A stretch of DNA of 64,000 nt from Takakia lepidozioides (taxonomy: Eukaryota; Plantae; Bryophyta). The notes under the pieces are model-generated. The model did not search any database. It saw only the letters and a program-made list of their open reading frames with translations, and had not been told where the DNA came from. Positions 52,383 to 63,320 of this stretch are shown in pieces. Each line of letters begins with the position of its first letter. Position 1 is the stretch's first letter. The position numbers were made by a program, and so were the translations under genes. The DNA lies in assembly GCA_030704615.1 (NCBI GenBank), contig CM060731.1, forward strand, positions 73,780,001-73,844,000, in the 5' to 3' direction.

Positions 52383-52652
52383 CATGGATGGCACGGATGG
52401 GTTTCTCAGAATGGACGATCCAGATCCTTCGGCCGGCGCGGACTGGCAGACTGGGGCAGCAGACGGGCACAACGGACTGTTGGGTGGACTTGCCGGGACT
52501 GGCACAACGGACTGGCGTGCACAGTAGACTGGCGGTTTGGCGGACTGAGCTCACGGGCAGCGGACAGGCGGGCGGACTGGCCGCGCCGGACTGTGGGCGC
52601 GGTGGAGCGCGGGCGTGCGCCATAACGTCCCAATTATTGTAAAATGAGAGGC
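52383..52652 (-). repeat. Right long TIR
   Basis: Reverse complement of 39382-39755. Confidence 0.92.
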
Positions 52653-53612
52653 AAGAGCTTTCCAGTGGTATCTTTATATTTTAAAATGGTTATAATCCCA
52701 AGTTACAATGAACAAGGTTCACCATGCACCACAATAGGAACATGGTGCGTCAAAATAGGATCAGGATATAGGACTTGCACCCTAATTTCGAGTTGAAATT
52801 CTGGTTTCGGTTTAGTAGTTTTGTTGCCTGTGACTGAATAATTGACAATATAAACATTAAAGTTGGGGGGCATGGCCTTGGTCAGTACGAGCATGCCTTT
52901 GGGGACCCACAGCAACTGTCCAGCCCTGTCCAGGGACCAACTCGGAGGGTTGAGAAGAGAGCGTACGCTGTCAGTCTGCAGTCGGTAGTATCTCATTAAC
53001 GTTCAATCTTTGTTGCCAGCACGGATTTATCAATGCAGGACGCCATGTGCTCGGTTGGTACACGGCAGGCCTGTCGTAGTTGTTCATGGATATGAGTCGT
53101 TTGTCTTGATTGCACTTGGTTTGGGTGTTTCACATTGGCAAGGAGTACGCGGTCTCGTGATTCTGTTGGGAGCAATCTCTTCTCTCTCTTCCTCTCTGGA
53201 TTTGCGGATTGTTTGGTCTGTGGGTCTTCGTTGTCAGGTTGGTGTCACTTGGGTTGGGCCTACTGACCAACGTGATATTTCTTTTCGCTGTATGATCTAA
53301 GTGTCGCTCTCAGGTTCCTTCAGGAAGTTTCTATCCTCTCAGCTGTGTACGAATACAGCGACTCTCTCCCCCGTGTTTTCGCAGTCAATTGTTAGTGTCT
53401 TCTTTTGAGTTGGGGTTTGTGATTAGTTATATTTTACAGGCCTGCCTTTGCGAGATCCTTTTGCCTGGACGTCCTCGCAATTCCAGAACCCAAAAGCTTT
53501 GAGTCTCTACCGGAGCCACTTTTCTCTTTCCTTCTCCGCAATGCAGTCTGCGTCTTAGTGCCACGGGAATCTTGACTTCTCTGAAAAGTTCAAGCAATCC
53601 AGCTTAGTTATC

Positions 53613-56188
53613 ATGGCGTTCATGGAGAAGAACACCAATGCACATAGAGTTCATAGCACACCGGACATCAAAGACGTCAATGGCAAGAAGCGTCACTTAA
53701 TGGATGGTTCAGTGGACATCAGCGGGAAACCAGCAGACATGGCAAGCACTGGCCGCTGGAAAGCCACTTCCTTTCTAATGGGTACCTACTTCGCTTCAGT
53801 TCTACAGAATAGGTCACATGCGGAATGGTAGTTCAATCGGTAGATGATAGAAAAAGCCTGCAACTTAAATTCTGTATTGTACGTGGATGAGGTCGAAAGT
53901 TGAAGTGCTGGGTACAGATGCCTACTCATCTGTGAAGACAATGTCTCTTTGATGCTGTACAGTGGGAGAGGTGTTGGAGCGAGTGGCCTACTTTGGGATA
54001 GTGGCAAACCTTGTGACATATCTTACGACCGTGCTGCACGAAGGCACAGAAGTTTCTTCGACAAACGTATTTAACTGGGGAGGTTCCGCCTGGATTACTC
54101 CGCTGATTGGAGCATTCGTTGCGGACACTTTCTTGGGTCGCTTCAGGACCATCGTCGTCTTCGCTGTGTTATACCTGCTGGTGCTCTTTTAACTCATGGC
54201 AAGATGCAAGTTTTCCAACTTAGAGTGCATCTTTATTCGAACACTAATCCAAGTAGTATACATGTTCCCTCTGATTTGCACCAGGCTCAAAGAACATCAC
54301 AAGTACAAATTTCTTGCCTTTCACGAATTTACTTCCAGCCCCACCACCTTCCCATAATTTGAAGAACTAGTGTCCCTCCCCCCACTCCCCTACCTGCAGT
54401 AGTCGATGAGCAGCATTTTTGGCTCGAATGCTAACTTTTGCCCACGACTAAACATGTAAGGCATTAATTAACTTCCTAAGAGAACACTCAATACGGACGT
54501 TGGAATTGCAGGGAATAGTATCCTTGACCTTGTCTATGTCCCTACCCCATTTGAGACCGCCTAAATGTCATTCAGCTGCTACCTCTTGTCAAGGTGCAAC
54601 TTCTGGCGAGCTTGCGTTCTTCTATTTCTCGCTCTACTTGATAGCACTGGGCTTGGGCGGAGTGAAGCCGAACATGTCAACACTTGGGGCCGACCAATTC
54701 GATGATGGAGTTGGGGAGGAGAGGAGAAAGAAATTTTCATTCTTCAACTGGTGGTATCATTGTATCAAGATAGGTGCCCTTCTTGCTCAGACAGTGGTGG
54801 TCTACATCCAAGACAACGTGGGCTGGGGCTGGGGATATGGTATCCCAACTGCAGGATTCATTGTAGCCTTCATCTGTATACCATCCGGTGCTCAATTCTA
54901 CAGGTATCAGCCGCCAACTGGCAGCCCTTTGACACGCATGGCCCAGGTGTTTGTAGCAGCAGGGGGGATTTGGAAGTGTGGCCCCATGTGGGTGTCCATG
55001 GTGCGACCCTGCCTTGTGTAGAAGGTTTGCATCTGGGCTTGCAACAAACCGAGCGGGGTCATTGTAAGCCAAATTGGCAGCATTTGTAGCACTTGTTTCA
55101 CTTTCATGTGCGTCAAGTTATGCAGAAAGTCAATCTCGCTGGACATGAACGTGGAGTGATGCTTACAAGAAGCCATGCGTGTGCTGAATGCGTTGCCAGC
55201 TTGGATCATGTAGAGATCCGTCGTCGTAGACTTCATACAACGTGACTTTGTCCGAGGAGACAACAAGATTCCGGTTGTGAAATGCTTCGCTCCAGGGGTT
55301 CCTTACAATTACGATCCTGATTTTCATCCCCCTGTATGACCGACTTTTGGTTCCTGAGCTTCGCCGCTTCACAGGAAACGCAAGAGGAATTTCGATGCTT
55401 ACACGCCTGGGAACAGGTCTACTCCTTGGAGTTCTGGTCTGCATCGTTTCAGCCTTAACTGAAATGAAGCGACTGAAGGTAATTTGCTACTCTCACTTTC
55501 TAATGCAGTGTGGGCATTGTAGATCAGTGCGCAATAGTCCAAGTTGTAATCCTGAAGCCACCCAACCTTGCACTCACACATGCTCAAACAGCTCACTCTG
55601 TCAGGGTCTGTGCATATGCTCAGCTTTCTAAGTCATTGTGCGCCATAGTTCACCATCCAGTTTCTAGGTGGTAGTACACTTCACAGAACACATCTTTACC
55701 GCACTTTGCAGGTTGTGACTGAGCACGGCCTTCTCCATCAGCCCCAGAAGGTGGTTCCTCTCACCATCTTTTGGCTGCTTCCACAATATGCTCTGTTTGG
55801 GCTAATGGAGGTCTTCTCAAGCTTAGCACAAATGGAATTTTTCTACAATCAATATCCCTACGGCATGCGAAGCCTGGGAACAGCCTTTTGCCTGGCCTCT
55901 ATCGGTATCGGCAACTTTTGGAGTACAGCATTGACCAAGGTTGTAGTGGAGGTTACTGGGCAGTCTGGTCACCAGAGCTGGATTGTGAACAACATCAACA
56001 GATGCCGCCTCGACTACCTCTACTGGCTCACTGCTGTGCTCATGGCCTCAAACTTCTGTGCCTTTCTCATCTGTGCCCAGTTTTACAAGTACAAGATGGA
56101 AAGCACCCTCCAAACTAGTGAGTCTGGCCATCTTGGACTCAAAGCCCTCAATGCTCCTGATGGGTCGCACAAATCCGAGCATCCATAG
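53613..56188 (+). pseudogene. NRT1/PTR (NPF) transporter disrupted by an internal inversion (54962-55282) and a deletion
   Basis: TGRWKA, EVLER (ExxER), GAFVADTFLGR, GADQFD, SFFNWWY, YIQDNVGWGWG, GSPLTRMAQVFVAA, IFWLLPQY, EFFYNQ.P.GMRSL. The middle of the protein (FHNRNL..LYE, MLPIW..QG.TMD..FQIPPA) is encoded on the opposite strand. Confidence 0.9.
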
Positions 56189-57242
56189 AGAGACAAGTCC
56201 CACTGTACATAGCTCACAGACTTGTGTGTACATACAGACCTGACAACTAAACTGTAAATTACAATAGCGTATCATCAGCATCCACCAGATGTCCGAGTGG
56301 TTAGGGCGCAATTTGCCAGTCCTCAAACAGTCTTTACCTCGCAACCTGCGCTCCGGGATTGAATGTCACAAATTTGACTCTCGGGTGTACTACTTCTATG
56401 CGCAGCACATATAGAGCTAGTGTCATACCCATAATTTTAGCATCAATGAATATCTCAACTTTTCTTACTAGAGGCTCAATCGTTCCACTGTAAGGAGTGA
56501 GAAGGAATTGCGATTACCGACTGCTTCTTCGATGTTTTTATTTTTAGAGAACAGAGGACAGAGGCCCTGTTGATGTTTGGGTCTCGAACAATATTGGGCG
56601 GGTATGGATATGGCCAGGTCTCACGCCAATTATTCACTTGTGATTAGCCCCTCTCGCTCGTCGCTCCTTACCTGCGTGGATTCCTCAAGAGTCAACATCC
56701 TTCATATGACCCATAGCTGGTTAAACAGGAGTTGGACTATTGCGGATGGCTTCAAATCTATGGCGAATCAATTCCCCTAGTGCCATGAACAGACCAGGTT
56801 TTCAGAACGTTCAGACCAGCGTTCAGACACTTGTCTTTTGCAGGAGGGTAGATCGTTTGGTTATGGTGGCGATACAAATACGGATTTCCTTCACATATTG
56901 GCATTTTTCAATTTGTTGAAATGTAGATCTACAAATTTGTCGAAATAAATTTTTTTGTTCTGGTTTTCAAGATATTTCTTGAGCAATTGGAGAAGCACTT
57001 AGATAAACAGAAACTATTTTGATTGGCCTAATTGAGGTATTAGTATTAGTTTGATTAGATAAGAAAGATTGTATTTTTTTCCGATAATAATAACGACTGA
57101 ACGGGAATTGAGCTTTCTTACATTCGGCATCCCTTAAAACCAAGGGGCCACAGAAATCCAATATGGACCAGGGTTGACGAATTGACTCCTTGCTTTTTAT
57201 TATGCAATTACTAGATAATGGCCTGCCTTGCTCTTGATAGGT

Positions 57243-59953
57243 TGGAAAACGAAGCCTCAAAAGGCTCTGTTTGCACAACGGGGCTGGAGCAGATCTACTT
57301 GATATCCGGTCACGGAAGAGAGAGGGCCTGATCTTGTGTGGAATCTGGGATCCACTAACTATCAACCACGGTGCACATTGGATCAGCTCCTGTAGAAGCT
57401 CACGATTCCTATGCCTCAAGCCCTCCAACTTGTACATTCTAACGATTCTAACACAGATTTCAATCTGAACTTGCGCAAGAGTCCTACAAGTTATACGTAT
57501 ACATACGGAGTTCTTCATGTGCTTGTGCACATGTGGGAGGTATTGGGCAATCAGACTTCGCACGACCTCCGGGTGGCGCGCTGGTTGTCGACCTTCCTTC
57601 TAATGAGTGGATTTTGATTAATTGCCTTGAAAGTTTTTGCTGTGATCCTGGCATCTTCTTTTGTTTGCTGTTCGACCAGATCTTGTGACCTTTGCCCAGA
57701 GGTTTAATGTTTATTCTAAGGGCACGAAGTAGGGTTTTCTCTTTGTTGCTTCTTGGTTGAACGGCATCGTGTCTGTCTTCGCAGCCTACTTTCTTTTGCT
57801 GCATGACATTGTTGGATATTGTAAGCCTGTTTTGCCCTCTCATCAGACTAGGCCCTGAATGCATGTTGAATTCTGAAAGTTAGCTGGTTGGGTGGTGTTG
57901 AGGGCACCTTCTTCTTCGACCTCTTGCAGCCTGCTTTGCCCTCTCATCATACTCGGCCCTGAATGCATGTTGAAATCTGAAAGTTAGCTCGTTGGGTGGT
58001 GGTGAGGGCACCTTCTTCTTCGACCTATTTCAGCCTGTTTTGCCCTCTCATCAAACTCGGCCGTGATTCCTGATTGCATGTTGAATTTCAAGTGACGGTT
58101 TACTTACTATGCAAGAGTGGCTTCAACAAACGCTTCAAGTCCGCTTTCCTTCCTTTGGTACTCAGCCCGGGCCCAGACCTGGTACTTACGATTGCCAAGT
58201 GGGCCCTTGGGATATCTTGCCAGATATAGATAAGTATGTTGCAAGTGTAGACGTTGTGGATCACAAACATCAACCAGTTTGTGTGGAAGAGCTTTCTGGA
58301 GCTGCAAATGAGGAACTCGTGAAGCATCATTATTGGAATATCCTAGCTAAAGTGGGTGGTCTCGTTCTTGGCGACAAATTAACCGTCCAACCCAAGGTTT
58401 ACTCGAGCTCCTCATCCTTGAGGACTCAAATGGGTCCAAGCGAACGAGCTCAATCCGTTTCCCGTTCTGACCTGGTGCTGTTGCTCAACGGTCTACGCTT
58501 CTTAGTTGTCGAGATGAAGTGACCATCTACATTTAGGACAGGTGTGCATGCGAAATGTCCAAACTTGTGTGACGCTTGTATGGACGTTTGTCGGCCTTCG
58601 CCTGCCGCCTCGATTTGAGGCTTTGGTTGGGACTATTTGCCAGATCTACACTTACCTGGTAAACATGACGTTTGGGCTATGGAATAATTTCATCGTTCGA
58701 CTTGTCGTATTTTCTACGTCGCGTGGGGGATACCTTTGAGATATCTGAAGCCATAACCTGTGGAAGTGGTAAATTTCTCGGTGCGCTTGGCTACGTCTTG
58801 GATCTAGCAGCCCATGACCTGCAAGTGTTTGAAGAGCCAGATCAAGGTAATGGCCTGTTCTGAAGTATTGTGCAATGTCGATTGAATGAAAGCATTATTT
58901 ACTAATAATATTGCAGGTGTCCAGGTGCTAATGGGGTTGTGTTTTTGTAGGGGAAGAATCTCCTAAAGTCAATTATCAAGACTTTGGTCAAGACAGTTCC
59001 CAGAGCCAGGAGCCTCATGATGATTTATACTTAGGAAAAGGAAAAGCAAATGATGTGGGACCTCACCCTATGACTACTCGGTAAGTGTCACTGTTTGTTT
59101 TGAACACTCATGGTGAAGTTGCGAGTCCTGATAGTTAAATGAGGCAATGACTGTAGTGTTTTCTTGCAGGAGCCGCAGCGAGTATGATGGGTTTGCGGGA
59201 GACTCCTGCAGAACATTTGCATTTGGAAGCGCATCCCTTTGCGATAGGGTGGAGTGATAGGGTGGAGTGGAAGGATCGTACGTGGCACATATGAGGGTCA
59301 CCCTGTTGTAGTGAGAGCCGTTTGGTTCGGCCCGTGTAGAGGTGATGCTTCTTTCTTCTGATGGGATCCATCTTTGTGAAAGTTCTAAATGTATATCTGC
59401 GACTCATGTGATATCTTGTGTGTACAGGCTCTCTTGACTGAGATACTGGCCTATTACAAGCTGAAGAAGTACTGGGGAAAATATGTACAGGAGCTTGTAT
59501 CGTATGGGACTACTGCGGGGGGCAAAGTTGTGTACATTGCAACAGAAGTCATCAATGGTCATGAGATTGGAATTGGTATGCTACATAATAAGATTGCTTT
59601 TACTGTTCGTGTAGTAGGGTACTAATATGTTGAATGCACGGTTTGCAGGAGCTTTGACCCTAGGAGTGGTGAAGGCGACATTTGATGCACTTAATGTTGT
59701 GCACGAATCTGGAATTCTTCATGGGGACATCCGGTGCAATAATATCTTGGTTGTAAAGAGAGGGCAGGGAGGTGGTCGTTTGATCGATTTTGGGTTTTCT
59801 CATCCCATCACCAGCAATGAAGATTGCGAGAGAGAGAGAGAGTGTGCACAGCTGGAATTAATTTTTAAACAGTGTTCTAGTTCTCATTGGTCCCGTCCAA
59901 ATGTAAGGGAAATTGGCCAGCTTTCTCACATGCGGGGGATTGTGACTCCTTAG
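57243..59953 (+). pseudogene. Decayed REase(PD-(D/E)xK)+protein kinase gene, Crinkler/CR-like architecture
   Basis: SDLV...VVEMK*P, QIYTYL, YGIISSFDLSYFLRR...EISEAI (REase); AIGWSGRIVRG, EILAYYKL, LHGDIRCNNILV, LIDFGFS (kinase); possible LHVLV header motif near 57512. Contains stops and frameshifts; the 5' limit is uncertain. Confidence 0.65.
57825..58090 (+). repeat. 104-bp tandem repeat (about 2.5 units)
   Basis: GCCTG.TTTGCCCTCTCATCA.ACT.GGCC starts at 57825, 57929 and 58033. Confidence 0.9.
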
Positions 59954-61439
59954 AAAGGCGTGCACTCTAATTGAGTCACTTCTAGTCTTCCAGAGGGAGT
60001 GAAGTAGCTCTTATCACTACAATCCAATTTGACTTGAACACATATGATGTGAACACTCTTTACCACCAGATTTTTCCAAGTAGCTGGTGAGAATTACGCT
60101 CACTGCACTGCAATGGGACCCCTGGATTGATGTTATTCCCTAATCTTTTCTTGCATGAATCGATGGATACTGTTGTTTGCAAAAGATAAGGAAAAAGTTG
60201 AAGTTCAATGCAGCAAGGTGGAAGAACTGATAAGGTAGCCATGTGTAGTACACACTACTGTGTTTGTCTTCACGATGACGGAAACGTCAGAACACTGAAG
60301 ATTAGAATGGGGATGAGTACCGAAAGCACGAGTAGAGTAGTTTCAAAATGGACCCTCTGAGGTTAAAATCCATTGGAAAACATGTGGAACAGACACGGAT
60401 ATAGAGTCATCCATGCCACTCACAATCTCTCTTCGCCCTATTGTTGCTCTGAAATTGGATGGGCTCGATGGGATGAAACACAATCCACAAATGATCGATG
60501 AAGGAGGGAAATGCAGATTTGGCTGCACTGCACTGCACCAATGCCTACTGCATGCCCATACAAATCAGTCATTGCTGTCACTTCTCTCAGTCAGTCAGCT
60601 GCATCCATTCGATGCATGCCACGATGTGCACATATTTCTGACACCACTGCTGTCACTAGGTGATAGCCTAATCCAGCAATGTGAAATCACAACTGTATCT
60701 CTGGAATCACATTGCATCCACATTCTATGATAGAAGCATGCATTGGTAGCCTATGAATCCAGAGGCTCACCAGCATTCCTCACTCTGGCAACGAGCATAC
60801 ATAAGATCAAGTCGTCAAAACCATTCAAACACGAAATTCTCACCCATTCAGTGTAGTCTTCATTCATCCTGGCGATGGCCATTGGGCACTGCCCTGGAGC
60901 TTCACAGCAATGTTGAACAAAGCTATCATCCAGTGTCAGAGCCCGGAAACACTATCAACGGAAATTGATAGTAGATTTGTGACCTGAAGGACAAAATCGA
61001 TGTGCTCCATCAGGTGCTCCATCAACTGGACCTTTGCGTACACCCATCAATAGAAATCCATAGGAATGGCACCTAAATTCTTCAAGGACTTGGTCCAACT
61101 CCCGCAGCGAATTTTGCATGGTATGAGGGGAGTTTGTCTGGACAGCGGGAGGAGAGAGAGAGAGAGAGGGAGAGAGATTTGTAATGCCCTGTAAAGGTGC
61201 ACAGCACAAGTCATTCCTTCGTGGTAGCTGGCACTGGAAAACTTTGCACAAGGTACATGATGACAGTGTCAAGCCAGAACTGTCAGTGACACCTTTTCAG
61301 TGACTCTTCCTACGAATTCTTTGTCAATGGGCCTGAACTCCCGCTAATTTGCTCGTGTTCACCAAAGTGACATTACTGAACCCAAGAGTGCACCTCTTTG
61401 CAACTTCATTCTGTGGCCTATGACAGCTCCCCACCAATT

Positions 61440-63320
61440 TCACTCTTTAATACAGGCGAAGGTAAGGGTGGTCTCTGCACGAGCTGCAAACTCCTCCAAT
61501 ACATCCTCATTAGACTCTAGCCACCTTTTCGAGTCCACCTGCTTGTTTTGCAAGCTTTTCCACTTCAGTTCTTGCAACCTCCGGACACTTGGTGTATCAC
61601 CATGGCCAGTCAACACAATTAATAAGGTGTTTGTGAGGAGTGCTTCGTGTAAACTCTTCACACGCTCATCCATTCGAGTTAAAAGGGCCTCCAAACTTTG
61701 GGGTAAGCTAGAGTTACAGGTAGAATTGTGTTCCTCTCTACTGATTCCTCGATCAATTAAGGAGCTATTGTGCTGGACGCCCTTATTGCAAGTCATCAGT
61801 GCGGCCATCTCTGCAGCACGTACAGCCATATCCTCAGAACTCCGGGCTCGGTCTTCATAGTAAGTATTCAATTCCGAAAACTGTGCCCACACAAAATCCA
61901 CTGATGCCTTTTTGGCCTCCTTTGCAACCTTCACAAGGACATCATCATCAGAGGTGGCAATGATGGCATTGCACGCACCCACTGCATAATGGTGGAGCAC
62001 AGGCCTTCTGTCAATCAACGTACTTCGCCGGCCATGGGTGCTCAATATTGCCACTAGATTCTCACAAAAGGGCTTTAGTCTCTTCCCAAAGGCAGGGCCC
62101 TTTTGGATTTTGAGGAGGGTCAAATCCATGGCTGCTCGGGCATCGTCTACACTGTCATGGCCACTCTTATCTCCTTGAATTTTGCGGTGAAGAAACTTGG
62201 CTGTCAGCATGCGTAAGGCAGGCTTAAACAAAGCCCCTTTAGAGGGATGTTGATAAAGCAATGCTGTGTCAATTACCAATGAGTGGAAGACCTTTAGAGC
62301 CAGCAAATCATTCTCTGCTGAATGTCCAACCAATATCGTCTCTGCTGCCACTATTTCTAGTATCTCTTCCTGGATGTCTGCCAACGTTGTGGTGACATCA
62401 GTCATCATCTTAGAGGTGATTCCACTGTATTGTGTGTTGTAATCTGTAATTGGATTGGCTGGTTTGACCAACTTGTCCAAAAGAACCTTTCCTTCGCTGT
62501 CCACAAGCGAAACTCGGGTGAGCTCCAAGCCCTTCGCTGTGTAGCACATCTCACAATCGACTGCAACCATGTCCCTATACTTGGAACCTGAAGCAGCTGG
62601 ACGAGTTGTCACAAATCCTGGCGGTTTCTGGAGAGTACAGCCTTCACTACCAACTTCTGCTTTCGGATAGCCGTTTTCATGCATCTGCCTCGTCGTGAGA
62701 GTATAATATGAAGCAGGAAATGCAGAATTTCCACTATATCCAACAGTTAAATGCACCCGCGTCTGCTGACATACCTGGTTGCCCTCAGCAGGACCCGTGG
62801 AAACAACCCCTGAATCTCCACTGCTTACCTTTCTCCTCTTGAATCTCGATTCCTCCGTCTTTGAGTCAGAATTTTCAACTTCCAGCAGCGCAACATCATC
62901 CTGGGAGCGGTCATGCTTCTTCATGGTTTTGGGTTGAGGGCAGGTCAAAATTGCCTCCACAGTTTGTGCAGAAGTTGCCAGTGGACTGACAGCTGCAGAC
63001 GCACGAGGGGTACCACAGCAGTGGGCCAAATTTCGAAAAAGCCTGGGATACCCTGTGTAGACTGCCGCATCCAAGCCTGCCATGTAGAGCACCACCACCT
63101 TTGAGACTAGCGGCTTGTTCTTGATAAAAACCCATTTGGGCATCGGTCCATCTGCCAAGACCCACATCACCAGCCCCTGAAAATCCTGGAAGGTCAACCT
63201 AGCATTGTTATTCGGTGCTTGCAAAATCACTTCAGCCTTTGCCTGATCGCCATACACGTCAACGTAATCGCTCTTGCTCCCCTTTCCCTGCAGCACTAGC
63301 TGCTTCTTCTTTTTAGCCAT
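61440..63320 (-). CDS. SDN5: Small RNA degrading nuclease 5-like / REXO1-type DEDDh exonuclease, single coding exon
   Basis: VAVDCEMC (Exo I), VGHSAENDLLAL (Exo II), GHDSVDDARAA (Exo III); N-terminal DFQGLVMWVL..G.MPKWVFIKNKPLV.KVVVL; C-terminal LLIVLTGHGDT. Uninterrupted ORF; start may be 63320 or 63389. Confidence 0.88.
   Translation of the reverse strand: MAKKKKQLVLQGKGSKSDYVDVYGDQAKAEVILQAPNNNARLTFQDFQGLVMWVLADGPMPKWVFIKNKPLVSKVVVLYMAGLDAAVYTGYPRLFRNLAHCCGTPRASAAVSPLATSAQTVEAILTCPQPKTMKKHDRSQDDVALLEVENSDSKTEESRFKRRKVSSGDSGVVSTGPAEGNQVCQQTRVHLTVGYSGNSAFPASYYTLTTRQMHENGYPKAEVGSEGCTLQKPPGFVTTRPAASGSKYRDMVAVDCEMCYTAKGLELTRVSLVDSEGKVLLDKLVKPANPITDYNTQYSGITSKMMTDVTTTLADIQEEILEIVAAETILVGHSAENDLLALKVFHSLVIDTALLYQHPSKGALFKPALRMLTAKFLHRKIQGDKSGHDSVDDARAAMDLTLLKIQKGPAFGKRLKPFCENLVAILSTHGRRSTLIDRRPVLHHYAVGACNAIIATSDDDVLVKVAKEAKKASVDFVWAQFSELNTYYEDRARSSEDMAVRAAEMAALMTCNKGVQHNSSLIDRGISREEHNSTCNSSLPQSLEALLTRMDERVKSLHEALLTNTLLIVLTGHGDTPSVRRLQELKWKSLQNKQVDSKRWLESNEDVLEEFAARAETTLTFACIKE

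Larger units (their letters stand above)
39382..52652. mobile_element. 13.27-kb TIR DNA transposon (Mutator/SWIM-type transposase plus Ulp1-bearing second gene) with a 5-bp AAGAG TSD
   Basis: Perfect 40-bp terminal inverted repeat GCCTCTCATTTTACAATAATTGGGACGTTATGGCGCACGC (39382-39421 and 52613-52652); AAGAG at 39377-39381 and 52653-52657; internal transposase. Confidence 0.95.

Noticed and set aside
52703-53300. ORFs of 97 and 96 aa between the transposon and the NPF gene
   Set aside because: No recognisable domain or splice partners; probably upstream/UTR sequence of the NPF gene.
56967-57563. 198-aa minus-strand ORF
   Set aside because: No motifs; it is antisense to the decayed REase-kinase locus and runs into AT-rich sequence.
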